Origin: Dictyostelium discoideum
Taxonomy: Eukaryota
Direction: 5' to 3'
Length of the DNA: 64,000 nt
Assembly (NCBI GenBank): GCA_000004695.1
Contig: CM000150.2
Span: 2,400,001-2,464,000 of the forward strand
Position 1 is the first letter of the stretch, and each line of letters starts with the position of its first letter. Below, one piece after another: positions 47,181-63,300 of this stretch. The notes below the pieces were generated by a model. It had not been told where the DNA came from, did no database searches, and was given only the letters and a program-made list of their open reading frames with translations. The translations under genes were made by a program, and so were the position numbers.

Positions 47181-48351
47181 TTAATTTTGTATCTTTGAAA
47201 AATCAATAACAATGCCACTTAGATGGTCAACTAAATTAATTTTAAAATTTGGACACATATTTGGTTGAATATTATAATTATTCCAATCAAAATATAAGAC
47301 ATTTAATCCAGTTGGTTCATTATTTGAATCTAATTCAATTGTTGAGTTTGGAATTAATGGTAATTGATTATCTGATTTAGGTGATAAACAATAATAATAA
47401 CAACCACCACGAGATGAATTTGAACCAATTCCATCAACTAATAAAGCAGTTTTAACACCAAAATTTATCCAATCAAATACTTTTCTTTTACAATAATTTA
47501 ATGAATCACCTTTTGATCTACATTCTAAAATAAAATGATTTGGTATTAACTTTTTAAATTTGATTTTATCATTATCATTTTCATTATAATTATCAGTATC
47601 ATTTTCATTTTCATTATCAGTTTCATAAAAAACTATATCTGGTTTCCTAAAATTTTTATTTTTTTTAGTTTTTAATTTTTATAATAATTAATTATTATTT
47701 TAATTTTTATATTATTTATAAATATAATAAATACCTAATACCAGAAGGAAGTAAATAAAATAAATTTGAATTTAAAATGAATTTACCTTTTAAATTATCT
47801 ATTGAAATTAATGAATTATTTAATTGATTATATAAATCAGAAATTTGAATATTAATATTAAATGAAATTAATCTAATATAAAGAATTGTTTTATTTAATG
47901 TTGTAATATGAAGATCTTTATTATTTGAGATTATTTTTTTAATTGATATTTGATTTGAACTAAAAAATGGTAACAAATTTGAGAAATATATAAAAGTTGA
48001 TGATGGTACTCCAATTAATGTATCATTAACAAATGAATTTCTATTTTCATTGGTTTCATTAAATTTTTTAAATTGTTTATTTGTTATTTTAAATGGTAAA
48101 TTAATTGAATATAAAAGTTTATTAAATTCATCTTCTTTTTCATTTTGTAAAATAATTTTATCATAATCAAAATCATTACTATTATTAATTATTTCATATC
48201 CTTTACTATATTGATTTGAAAAAACTAAAATTAAATTAATTAATAATAATTTTTTTTTTTTTTCATACAAAACAAATAACAAAAGAAATACTTTACAAAA
48301 TTTAATTTTTTTAATTATTCTTTTAAATTTAAATATTATCTTTTTACACAT
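47181..48351 (-). CDS. Uma2-family (DUF820) PD-(D/E)xK nuclease-like protein. Two exons: complement(join(47181..47646,47735..48351)).
   Basis: Exon 2 encodes ..RKPDIVFYETDN...KKLIPNHFILECRSKGDSLNYCKRKVFDWINFGVKTALLVDGIG.., matching the Uma2 pattern (PD..v.E..S......K...Y...GV.EYW.vD). Intron 47647-47734 (donor ag|gtattt, acceptor ttttag). Exon 1 is N-rich with no recognisable domain. Confidence 0.5.
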
Positions 48352-48674
48352 TCTATAACTTGTATTCTTAATTAAAATAAAAAAAAATAATTTTAAATTT
48401 ATTTTTATATATTATTTTTTTTTTTTTTTGTAATTTAAAAAGAAAGATCAAAAATTGGTTTTTTTTTTTTTTTATACTTTTTAAGTATTTTTTTTTTTTT
48501 GGAAATTAAAATTAAATGTTGAAAATAAATAAAATCAATAAAAGGAAATTTTTTTAAATCGAAATTTTAAAGATATTTTTTTATTTTTATTTTATAATTT
48601 TATAATACAAGTTCCTTTTTTATATTTTTTTTTTTTTGTTACAAAAAAAAAAATAAAAAAAATAAAATAATTGA

Positions 48675-48908
48675 TCAATCTCTAACCCTTGAAAAAACAA
48701 CGATGATTACAACCAAGGTTATCATAATTAAGATACAGGCAAAAATTAAAAGACAGTTTTTTTTAATACACAATGATACTGATAATTGCTCTTCTTTTAT
48801 TTCTTTGAAATCGGTTCCACTTTCATTTGAAACATCCAATGAAATTATATCATTTTTGTTTATAACAGTATTATTTTTTTCTTTTTCAATTTCAATAATT
48901 TCACCCAT
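48675..48908 (-). CDS. Possible small tail-anchored membrane protein (77 aa)
   Basis: Acidic N-terminus and a single C-terminal hydrophobic segment LLIFACILIMITLVVIIVVF. No other support. Confidence 0.25.
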   Translation of the reverse strand: MGEIIEIEKEKNNTVINKNDIISLDVSNESGTDFKEIKEEQLSVSLCIKKNCLLIFACILIMITLVVIIVVFSRVRD

Positions 48909-49020
48909 TTCCTTTTTTTTTTTTTTTTTTTTTTTTTTTCTTTTTAAGAATTATTTTATTAAAAATTGTTTTTTTTAATTATTTATTAATTGTTTGGTTG
49001 TAATTAAATTTAAATTTTTT

Positions 49021-49145
<125 letters not shown>

Positions 49146-49935
49146 ATTATTAATATTATTTTAAAAATAAAAATTAAATAATAAAATAAAAAATAAGGAC
49201 AATAAATAAATAAAAAAAAATAAAATAAAATAAAACAAAATAAAAAAAAAAAAAAAAAAAAAAAAAAAGTAGTTTTGAATCTTTTTGAAGGTGATTGGTT
49301 TTTGTGTGAATGGTAATCATTTTTTTTATTTTGTAGAGTTAATTCAAATGGGAGTTATAAAAATATATTTTTTATTATTATTTTTTTTATTTTTATTATT
49401 TTTATTATTTTATTTTATACGAAAGGAATATTAGATGGCAAAAGAAATCAATGATTTTAGTTTGAGTAGGACAATTTGTGTGTTAGAAATGTATAAAAGT
49501 ACAAAAAACTAACACACACACCATGTGTTTTTTTGATTGAAAGATTCAATCACAATTTGAGTTTTAAAAGAAAATCACAAAATATTATGTTTTTATTTTT
49601 ATTTTTTTTTTTTTCTAACCACTTTTACACCCCTAATCAAATAGATTTATCATTATAAAACTGTTCTTTTATTATTTTTTTTATTTTTTTAAAAAATAAA
49701 CAATTTAAATTTTCCTTTCTATACTAATATTATTTCCTTTTTTTTTTATTTATAATTATTTTTTGGAAAAGTCAAACTTAATAGATTAATTATTATTATT
49801 ATAATTATAATTATTATTTTTATTATATTGTTATATTAATTATTTGTTATAATTATATATAAATTAATTTTATTTTAAATTTTAAATTTTTTTTTTATTT
49901 TTATTTTTTTTTTTTTAAAATTATTTTAATTTTAT

Positions 49936-51471
<1,536 letters not shown>

Positions 51472-51691
51472 TTAAATATATATATATATACAAAAGTGTA
51501 ATTAACCAATTGTTGAAAATTAAAAAATGAAAAAAAAAAAATAAAATAAAAAAAAATAAAAAAAAAAAAAAAAAAATAAATAAAAAAAAAAAAAAAAAAA
51601 AAAAATAAAAATAAAATTTGGAGAATAGGTTTTTTTTTTGTTTTAATTGAATAAAATTTTATAATTCCAAAAAAAAAGTAACAATTTTGGT

Positions 51692-51818
51692 TTAATCTTT
51701 ATTTTTTAATTTTCTTGGTATTCTACCAGGTCTTTTTGGGGTTGGAGTTGGTGCAGTTTCTTCATCGCTTAAGGGAGATGAGATTTGATCTTTGGAAGTT
51801 TCAATTGTACCATTGGTG

Positions 51819-51862
<44 letters not shown>

Positions 51863-53840
51863 TGAAGTTGAAATTGCATTTTGAACTTGACTAACGATAT
51901 CATTTTTGAAATCAGACATAAAAGATTCCAAATTATCCAATTTACTCTCGACACTAAAAATTTTATTAGATAAAGCATCAATTGGATAAAGTTTTTTCAT
52001 AAATGCTCCACCTACACTTGAACCAGAGGTAGAGTTTGAACTATTTTGTTGATTCGATGATTGTTGGCCAGATTGTTGTTGCTGCTGATTATTTTGTTGT
52101 TGTTGATTTAATTGTAATTGTAATTGTAATTGTTGAGTTTGTTTTTGTTGAATATCATCACCCAACTTTTTAACGTTATCGAAAAGTTTTGAAAAGTTAT
52201 CGCTTGTATACAAATGATTATTATAATAGGTGGTTGCATTTGCACCGATTGAACCTTTAAGATTTTTAATTTCAGACATAATTTGATCCAATTTAAAGTT
52301 TTGATTCGATTCAATTGAACGTACATCATTCTTTACTTGTTGAATATCATTTTTAAATGAACCTAATTGACCTTGAACATTATCCAACAATGAGGAGAAA
52401 CCATCCAAAATACGATTTTCAAAGTTATTCATTCTCTTTATGATATCTTCATTCAGTTTCTTATCTAACAATGCGAATCTCTTATCCATTTCACTCTCTG
52501 ATTTCTTCCATAAATAATCATGTTTACCCAATACATCCTTTTTCAAATTATGGACTTCATTCTTTAATGAATCCATTTCTTTTCTTTTATTTTCCGAATT
52601 CTTACTATGTGAACTATTTTTCTTTTGAATTTCTGTCATCAATGAAAAACTACTCTTTGTAATTAATTCTTTAAATTTATTAAAATCACCTGTTAAATCT
52701 GTTTGTTGATTATTATTATTATTATTATTTTGACTATTATTATTATTATTATTATTTCTATTTAATATTCTATTTTCATTTGACTTATTAGATATGTTTG
52801 AAACAGTAGTTGTGGTGGTTGGTGGTATTGTTGTTGATGATGATGATAAAGGAACAACTGATTTTTCATCCTTTTCAATTGCTTTTTCAATAGCATTTGA
52901 TGATGAATCAATTTTAGTTTCTGAAATAATTGGAGTAGTATTTGTACTACCAAATTGATTTGAATTTTGTACAGGTTCTTCATTTTGTTGACTATTTTCT
53001 TTTTGTTGACTATCTTCTTTTTGTTGTTCTGTTGATTCAATGAAATCTTTGTTTTCCTCAGTTGGCATATCAATTGATTCAATCTTATCCTTATTTTCAT
53101 TATCTTCATTATTATTGATATTATCAATGATTGTTAAATTATCGTTGCTTTGATTGTTTTCATAGTTGTTATTATTAATATTATTAATATTATTATCATC
53201 ATCATTATTACTATTATTGTTATTAATATAATAATTATTATTATCATTAACTTCTTGACCATTTTCATCTTTCATTTGATCATTTTCTTGTTGATTTTCG
53301 TCAATGACAGGATTGAGATCATAATTATCAGTTTTAACATCAACATTCATATCATCAAATTCTTGATAAACATTTTCTTCATTATCATCTTTTTGACTGT
53401 TATTATAATCATTATTGTTATTACCAATATTATCATCATTGCTATTTTTCACACTACTATTATTTTCATTATATTCCATATCCATATTATAATTATTATT
53501 ATTAATACTATTTCTATTACTATTATTGATATTATTACTGTTATAATCTTTATCTCTATCATCATTATCAGATTTATTATCAATGAAATCGTTATCGTCA
53601 TTGAAACTACTAGTTTTAGTTAAAGAAATTGATGGTGTATCATTGATGGTATTATCATTTGACAAAATAGAAATTTGTCTCTTATTCGAGTCCAAATCTT
53701 CAGCCGAGCTATTAATTAATCTACTACTATTTACATTTGCTGAGATTGAAGAAGAGTTTAACCTTTCATTATTTCTTGATCTTGATCTCGATCTTGTTCT
53801 TGATCTTGATTTTGATCTATCTCTATCTTTTTCATTATCG

Positions 53841-53876
<36 letters not shown>

Positions 53877-54775
53877 GTAATATTATTATTGTTATTATTA
53901 TTATTATTATTATTGTTATGATAATGATAATTATTATTATTATTATTATTGCCATTATAGCTGTATCTCTTATTGTTAATATTATTATTATCATAAGATT
54001 TATTATTATTATAATTGTTGTTATAATTATTATTATTATAACCACCGACTGTATTTCTTCTATTATTATAATTATTATTTATGTTATTATTATTTTTATA
54101 GTTATTATTATAGTTGCTATTACTATTATTACTACTATTACTATTATTAGTATGATAATGTGGATCTTTGGTTGGAGTTAGTCTTGATCTTGAATTACTT
54201 CTAGATCTTGATCTACCACGACTTGAAGAACCATTAACCAACCCATTTGGAGGACTTTTACTTCTTTCTCTACCTCTATCAACATAATTTGAAGAGTTTC
54301 TTAAATTATTATTGTTGTTATTTGATTTATAATTACTATTATAATTATTGTTATTATTATTATTATTATTATTATAACCATTATTGTTATAATTAGTATC
54401 ATCTCTAGTTGTGCCTCTTTCTTTATAATTATTTAAATATGACGATGAAAAATAACTATTATTATTACTATTATTGTTACTATTATTATTATTGTTATTA
54501 TTAATATTGCTATTATAACTATTATTATTATTATTATTATTATAATTATATTTATTTGGACTTCTTGATCTACTTCTTTCATTATCATTTTCATATCTTA
54601 TTCTTTTTCTACTTGGTGAAGCTGATCCTTTTTTTCAATGATCAAGTATTGAATTAAATTTGAATTTGAATTAAATTGAAAGGAAGAGGGTAAAGAAGAG
54701 GAATAAATAATAAAATAAATAATAAATTAAATAAAATAAAAAATTTTTGAAATTAGTTCCATGAATATTGTAAAT

Positions 54776-54808
<33 letters not shown>

Positions 54809-55913
54809 ATAATTATAAATGATATGAGAATGTAATGTAAAATGATAATGATAATGGAATGATAATGAATAACAACAAAATCTTCAAATAACATTTTTTT
54901 TTTTTTTTTTTTTTTGAAATGAGAGAAATGATAATTTTTTTTTAAAAATAAAACATACTTGTTCTACCTCTTGAAGGTGAATAACCACGAGAACCTGGAG
55001 CATTTGCATAGTTAACTTTTAAAAATTTACCATGAAAATCCCATTGATGATACTTATCGATTGCTTTTTCAGCATCTTCACTTGATTGATACTCAATGAA
55101 TGCAAAATATTTCTTTTCATCGAAATGACTTTTCATAATTGGACCAATTTCTTGAAACAATTGTAATAATTCACTTGGTGATGTATTTTCACTATAACCA
55201 CCAACATATAATCTTGACTTAGGAAAGTTACTATTTACACTAAAATAAGATGAATTATTATTATTATTGTTGTTGTTATTATAACTATTATTATTATGAT
55301 TGTCATATGGTTTTGAGTAACTATTACTATTTGATAATGATGATGATGATGAGTTTGTTGAATTATTAGAATCATTGCTATCATAATTATAATTAAAATT
55401 ATTTGGTTTGGCTGGATTCTTATAAGATGAAGCATAATCTATAAATAATTTCTTTCCTTTGAAAGTAGCTTTATTTAATGATTCTTTAGCTTCATCGGCT
55501 TGTTCAAGTGTTTCATATTCCTATAGATTAGAAAAAGAAAAAAAAAAAAGAAAAAAAAAAGAGAGAGGAGAGATAAAATAAAAATAAAAAAAAAAAAAAA
55601 GAGAGATAAAAAAAAAAATAAAAATAAAAATAAAAATTTTACGTTAATTTTTTTTTTTTTTTTTTTTTTTTCTCCATAAAAAAAAAAAAAAAAAAATACT
55701 TACGACAAATGCATATGGTCCTTTTGGATGAGTTTCAACAATTGAATGATTTTTGATTTTACCATACTTTGAAAATAAGTCAAGAAAATCTCTTTCATTG
55801 ACAGGTCTATCGATATTTCTAATATAGAGATTTGAAGCTGGAGGATGAGGTTTAGTTTTATCTTGAATCTTATGAGAGTTCTTATATTTATTATATTTAT
55901 AATCACTATCCAT
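51692..55913 (-). CDS. RNA-binding protein with two N-terminal RRMs, an RS-rich region, a very long N-rich tract, and C-terminal coiled-coil and Q-rich region. Three exons: complement(join(51692..54627,54959..55520,55704..55913)).
   Basis: Exon 1 MDSDYKYNK...LYIRNIDRPVNERDFLDLFSKYGKIKNHSIVETHPKGPYAFV, donor gtaagt, 183-bp intron, acceptor ctatag. Exon 2 EYETLEQADEAKESL...RLYVGGYSENTSPSELLQLFQEIGPIMKSHFDEKKYFAFIEYQSSEDAEKAIDKYHQWDFHGKFLKVNYANAPGSRGYSPSRGRT, donor a|gtatgt, 331-bp intron. Exon 3 starts ga|tcagcttcaccaagtagaaaaag.. (RSASPSRKRIRYENDNERSRSRSP...) in the same phase as the 849-aa track ORF. The track ORF's own start is a TTG. The 3-exon model is inferred, not proven. Confidence 0.5.
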
Positions 55914-56627
55914 TTTTATTCGTAAAATTGTAATCAATTGGATTGATAATTTAAATTGTAATTGAATGAAAATAATTTCGATAATAATAATGAAAAAAAA
56001 AAAAAAAAAATGGAATTTGTTTTTTTATTTTATTTTTTTTTTACGAAATAATGAAACAATTTAAAATTTTTTTGTAGTTGTTTTCAATTTAAATTGTTCT
56101 TTTGTAATTGTGTTTTTTTGTTGAAAAGAATTGAAATTGATTTTTAAAATCTTTTAATTGTTTTTTGTTTTTAAAGATCCAAAAAAAAAAAAAAAAAAAA
56201 AAGAAATTAATTGAACAAATGATTTATTTCACACGTTTGTATTTAATTTGAAAAATTCTATACTTGGTTGCTTGCTATTTATAGATCTCTTTATTATACA
56301 AATATTTGTATTTGTTATTTATTTCTGTGGAAAAGAGTAAGTCAAACAATGACTTTTTTTTTTTTTTTTTTTCAAAAAAAAGTAAAAAATTGAAAAATTT
56401 TAAAAAAAAAAAAAAAAAAAAAAAAATAAAAATAAAAATAATAATTGAATTGTAACTGCAAATGAAAATAAATAAAAATAAAAATAAAAAATAAAATAAA
56501 AAATTAAAAATAATAATAAACAATTGTTTTTATTTATTAATATAATTTAAAAATAGTTATTGTTGAATTTTATTTTTATTTTTTTATTTTATTTTTTTTT
56601 TTTACTAAAAAATCCATACCGGTAAAA

Positions 56628-57286
56628 TTAAATTGGAGTTGGATTATTTATATTGGAATTATTTGAAACATTAGAATTATTATTATTATTATTTAGATTA
56701 TTATTATTATTATTGTTTGGATTAGAAGTATTTCCAGTATTATTAGAATTATTTGAAGGTGAAACTGAAGATTGTTGAACAGCTTTAATAATTTCGGATT
56801 GCAAATTACGTAAAGATTGTAAATCATCTCTTTTTTCTGGAAAATAAGATAAAAATTCATTTAAACTTTCAACTGAAGCACTTAGAATATGAAGATGTGG
56901 AGCCAAAGCGGCCGATGAAGATTTACTTAATTGTCTCTTCATTTTAAGTATTACTTTGAAAACACCATGTTTGAAGAGATTGAAATAGAATAATGTTGCC
57001 AATTGTGATGGTAATTGACCAACTTGTTTCTTTAAACCATATAATACCAATTCATTTGTTATATGATGAAGATCAAATAAAAGTTTTTGGTAAGATTCAT
57101 GGAATATTGATTGTTGATGATGTTGATCATTTGATGGTGATGGCGATTCATTATCGTTATCATTCTCTAAAATATCAAATATATTTTCCAATTCTTTTAA
57201 TTCCTCATTTGTAAGTTTAGTTGATCCAAATATTCCACTTGTAGTTGAAATATTTGTATTTATTATTGAACTATTTCCACTACTAC

Positions 57287-57329
<43 letters not shown>

Positions 57330-60300
57330 GTTGTTATTATTGTTATTGCTATTACTAATTACAGAACTATTTGAAATTATATTACCACTTGCAACTGTAG
57401 AATTATTTCCACCAATATTAGATGACACTGATGAAGATGATGATGATGAAGAAGATGATGATGATGATATAGTATTTTGAATTGGTGCATTCCAATTTGA
57501 ATCAGAATTTGTAATTAAAGATAATAAAGAAGAAGATTTCATTAATAAAGAATTTTGTGAACTATTTAAACCACCTGAACTATTTAATTGTTGTTGTTGT
57601 TGTTGTAATTGATGTTGAAGTTGTTGTTGCTGTTGTTGTTGTTGTTGTTGTTGTAATTGTTGTTGTAATTGTTGTTGTAATTGTTGTTGTTGTTGTTGTA
57701 ATTGTTGTTGTTGATTATTAGTTTGAATACAATAGAGATAAAGACTATACCAAAACTTTTTAAATTTACGAATGAATTTAGTGATCAATTGCTCCAATGA
57801 TCTATAATGATAACCACCTTTCAAACCTGAACTTGCAGAGAATGAAGTCAATTGACCAGTGGTAATACGTAATGAGATTACATATTTCTCAGTTAAACTA
57901 TGTTTATTATAAACGATGATATGCTCTTCCAAGTATTTCTCTTTCAACAATAGATTAGTATGTTCTAGGATCGCTGGAATATTTGGACGAACTGTAATAC
58001 AACTAGATGTCATTGGATCAATTGAAATTACACCATTACTTGGTGGATCAATAATAAAGAAGATTGTATTTGCTTTAACAACAATTGATAATGGGTCACT
58101 AAAACTATTATAAATTGAAATCTCTCTAATAATTTGTGAACTACCACTTGAATCATCAAATTCAAAATCAACTTTTTTACTACCACTAGTACCTGTACTC
58201 ATTGATGATTTACTAGATGTTGTTGTCATTGTTGTATTTGTTGATGTTGTTGTTGTTGTTGTTGTGGTTGCTGCTATATTTGGTTCATTTGATTTTCTAA
58301 TCTCATCTTTATTTAAAATAAAATTACTATCATTTAGTTGTTGTTGTTGTTGTTTTTCTTTTTCTTTTTCTTTTTCTTTATCTTTTTCTTTTTCTTTATC
58401 TTTTTCATCTTTCATAATGATTTTACCTTTAAAAACTATATTTTGATCAGATAATTTCATTTGTGGATATCTACAAGTTGCTGATAGTGTAATGATTTGT
58501 TGATAATCACGAATTAATCTACAATTTAAAAAGATTTTAATATCTTTTTGAGTGAAAGATGTATTGTTTGTAGGATTTGATGAAGATGGAACATGGAAAT
58601 AAACGAAAACTTTAACTTGACTATTTGGTTCTACATAGAGTGTATTGAATTGACGTAAATAGGAACGAGATAATGAGAAACAAACTTCGGTTGGATCATT
58701 TGGTGATAAAGAAGTACTTAGCATGAAATCCAATGGCATTGAAGAAGAATTTGAAACAATGAATGATCTATCGGTATAGGTGATATTATAGAAAACGTCA
58801 CCCAAATTGATTATTGGTGCCGAGTTTTGTTTACCTTCAACCAAAACACTGAAATGTGAATTTTGTTTAACAACGACATCAAATGTGATTTGAATGGTTT
58901 TGATATCAGCTGGATTATTACGATTTTCAATGATTAGATAAGTGGAATACATATCGATACGTTTTGTTGAAAAGTTCACTGTGATAATATGACGACCATG
59001 TGGTTCGATTTTACCAGAGTTTCTACTTAAATTTAACCAAGTATCATCATTATCTTTCATAGAGTAAATTGAATATTCAACTGGTTTAACTGATAAATTC
59101 TCTAATGTTAATTCCCATGGTATTGATCCAGATGAAAACTCTTGTTGACTTAGATGAATTTCATAACAATTCTTTAATCTTTGAATTGGTGTACAACCCC
59201 TTAATGATAATTTTGGTAATTTATTTAAATTTATAATTGATCCTGTTGAAATTGGATCATTAACTATAATTGGTGTAATAATTTGATTATTAATATTATT
59301 ATTATTTGATGTTGTAGTTATTGTTGATGATGATGATGTTGAAGTAGTTGCAATTGGTTGAGTGTTATTTATAATTGAACCATCTTTATTATTAGATAAT
59401 AATGAAATATCATTAATATTTGAACTATTTGGAATTGATTGTGAACTAATTGTAATTGGTGTTGATACTGATGATGTTGATGGTGTATTATTATTTGATA
59501 ATAATTGTTGTTGTTGTTGTTGTTGTTGTAATTGTTGTTGTTGTTGTTGTTGTTTTAATTCACTTAAATTTGAAGATGGTGAGGTTGGATTTGGAATTGG
59601 TTTATAATTACCAACTAAATTAATATTAACTTTTTGAGTTTCATTATTTAAAGTATCTAAAGCAGTTACAATTACAACAAAAGATGAAGAAGGTGGTATA
59701 TCATCAATACCATTTAAATCGATAACAACATTAACATTCATTAGTTCATTTGGTGGTATTTCACCCTCTTCTGGGGATAATTTTACACAACTTGTTGGTA
59801 ATAACCATTGATTTTGATTGAAAACCGATTCAACTTTAAATGTTAATGAATAATGACTACTGGTATTCTTAATTTTGAAATAATCATCCAATGTTGTCAA
59901 GAGAGATTGTTCTTCACCCTCTTTATTTGTGATACGAGAGATAACATTGAAATTCAAACGATTAATTGATAGAGAGAAATAATGGCCAGGTAAGATTGTA
60001 CCTTTCAATGGAATCACCTCGATTGGATAAATTGAAGTATTCAAAATGATCTTACCAAATGTTGTTAATTCTTCAAATGATCTTTCACGTAGTTTTGAAT
60101 CTGGACGTGGTCTAGCACGAATTCTAACTTCAATCACTTCTTGTGGACGTAATGAAAATGATGGTATTGGTGTATTTGATGTTTTGTGAACTAATTCCAC
60201 CATAATTAACTCTGAAAATTGTGGTAATAAATCAACTTCAGTTTGAATTTTCAATGATTTATTAGATGTATTTTCAATTGTAAACCATTCATCAGATTGA

Positions 60301-63300
60301 GATGATGCACCAACTAATGGAGGATGATAAATACATGGTAATATAATATCACCATTATTAGTTGAATTATTATTATTATTATTATTATTACTATTATTAA
60401 TGCTACCACTAACAATAATACTACTACTATTTCCACTATCACCACTACCACTACCAACAATATTATTAGCTAATGTTGGTGAAGCTGTTAATGATGGTGT
60501 ATTTACAGTAGAGGTTGCTGTTGTTGTTGTTGTTGTTGTTGTTGTTGCTGGAGTACTTGTTAAACGACCAAAATTTAAAACTCTAAAAGTATGATATAAT
60601 TGGAAATTAACAGACATTGTATTAAATTCATTCATAACATTTTCAAATTGAATTGGATAAGTTATTGGGCCAGGTTGAGTTTGTTCAATCTTTGTTGGAT
60701 CAATACCAATAATAATTTGTTTTGATTCTGATGATGGAATTTCAAATTCAATAACAATTGATTCTTCTTCTTCCTCTTCTTTTTCTTTTTGTTGTTGTTG
60801 TTGTTGTGGTTCTTTTCTATCATTTAAAATTTCATTAACACCATCATCTTTTTCTTTAATTAATTTATTACTACTATTATTATTAATTGATTTTTTAATT
60901 CTTGGTAAAATTATTTTATTTGAAGATGAAGATGGTGAAGTTAAATTTGAATGATTTGGATGATTTAATAAAACTCTAATTGATTTTGAAGGAAGTGATC
61001 TAACACGAATGACTAATGGAATCTCTGAAAGATTTCTAATTTCAATAGTAGTGAAAATTTCTTTCCAAGAATTTTCATAACCAACTCTACCAATATCAAT
61101 TGTATTATTATTAATAATAACACTATTTTGATGAGTATTATTATTTTGATCATTTACAAATAAAATTTCACCCATCATTGACATACAATAACTACCAGTA
61201 ATTGAAACTAATTTTGAAATATGAGTTTTACCTTCACCAGGTGCAATTGGATAATGAGTTGAATCTGATCTTTCGAAAACAAGTGTACCTTGAAATTTGA
61301 CTTTACGACCTTTACATAACATTAACTTTTGTTTTGGTGTTATGATTGTATCAGGTTGTGGTGGTTGTGGATAAGCTATGACTTTTTGTTCACTTGAAAG
61401 TACGAATGGTTTTGCACATAATCTCATTGACTTTCTACGATCACCCATTGATTGAGATTTAATCATTTGTAACTCTTCAATTGTTGGTTCATGAAGGAAG
61501 AGATAAATGTTTATATTTGATTTTGGATAGATACGAATATCATACTTGAGATAATTTCTCATTGTGAATTGTTTTTGTTGATATAATTGATCCGATGCAC
61601 TTAATGAACCTTGATCGATCAAGTATTGTTGTGGTGTTATAACGAATGATAATAACTTTCTATCACCGGCAGCAATCTTTTCATTCCAAGATATTGGACT
61701 AACATAGATATCGTCGAATCTTAACATATCACCGCCACCATTCATATTGATTGGTAAATTTGTAGTTAATGAAGAATCGTCAACCAATAAACGTATATTG
61801 ATTTCAAGTTTTTGACCTGAACAACTTAGATTGGTAATGATAATTCTCTCTTCATATAAACCATAAATTGAAGCTACCAAAGAGAAATGAATCTTTTCCT
61901 TTGAGAGTGGATGACTAACTTCACTACCCTCCAATGAACCTTCCAATTTCGAAGATAATTTCAAATTCTTACTATGAGTGATTTGATAATTCAATGGTAA
62001 CAAAGTTGAAACATTTGAGATTGTAAATGATGATGAAATGGTTTCACCCAATTGTCTAGTTGATCCTAAATCAATCATATTCTTTGCAACTCTTAAAATA
62101 CTCTTACCAACAATCGATGTGAATTTTATAGTATTCTCATAGAGTAAATTATGATCTTGATCATGTACTTTGATTCTAATACCACCAATTAATTCTCTAC
62201 AATGACCATCTACATAATTTTCACTGGTCATACTTGGTCTTAAACAAATTTGAACCACTGATTTTTCATAACCACTCAAGAATAAATTATCGGCTGGCTT
62301 TGATAATCTATCATCAACAAATACAAATACCTGTTGAGTTAAATTTGATTTCATAGAGATATACAATGATTTACCCGATAAATTATCCAATCTAAATGGT
62401 AACACCTTTGAGAATTTCTGTGATTTATCATAATAACAATTTCCAAAATCTAAAATTTGTGTTGATGGTAAATCTGGGAATACTAAATATTGTGGTGGTC
62501 TTGGACTTAATGCAACCAATAATAAACTTTCAAAATGATATTGTGTTGATGTAACTACAATCGTATGAGTTTGTTTACCTGGTATTTGTGGTTGACAAAT
62601 TACTTCAATTAATCTTTTACCATATGGTTCAATTATACCTGATTTCTCTTTTAATATTAAAACATTTTTACTTGAATTATTATTTGAATTTGTTGTTGTT
62701 GTTGATGTTGATGATGTTGTTGTTGATGTTGTTGATGTTGATGATGATGTTGATGATGGTTTTGGTGGTTGTTTTACATTAATATCAAATGGAACTTTAT
62801 GACCAGTATGGTTTGTAATTGTAAATCTAAATGTAATATCTTCATAAATTCTAACTTCACCTAAATCAATTTTACCTGGTGAAATTGTAAGAGCTGTTGA
62901 ATTTGTAGTTGTTGAGGAAGATGAAGAAGAAGAAGTTGCTTTTGAAGCTGTTGGTTTAAAAATTGAAGTTGTACTTGATAAAATATTATTTGAGAAACTT
63001 GGTGAAGATGGTGGAGGTGGTGATGAAGGTATAACTCTTGAACTACCACTACCAAATGGAATTGGTGATGATGATGTAAAATGTTGTGGTTTAAATGGTG
63101 AGAATGAAGGTAATTGATTATCAGGTACAGTATTTGCACTATTGATTGCATTTGATGAAAGATAATTTTGACGATAAGTTTCTTCATCGAAACAAACTGT
63201 TGAAATATAATTAATCTTTTTAGTGACATCAATATTCTTTGATTCATAAATTAATATTGAACCATTACCATCCTCTTTACCATACCATTGTTTTTTAGTA

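Noticed and set aside
52108-54181. Numerous poly-I/poly-L/poly-N ORFs on both strands inside 51692-54241
   Set aside because: Frame-shifted or antisense translations of the long AAT/AAC-rich tract of the RRM/SR-like gene's exon 3.
55235-55435. 66-aa minus-strand ORF (poly-I/H) and 55700-55906
   Set aside because: Wrong frame within exon 2 and exon 1 of the RRM gene.
56275-56523. 82-aa minus-strand ORF
   Set aside because: AT-rich 3' flank of the giant gene. Phe/Ile low complexity.
57916-63247. Short plus- and minus-strand ORFs inside 56628-63905
   Set aside because: Antisense or alternate frames of the giant ASH-repeat gene. The poly-Q-encoding CAA/CAG tracts give poly-L/C translations.
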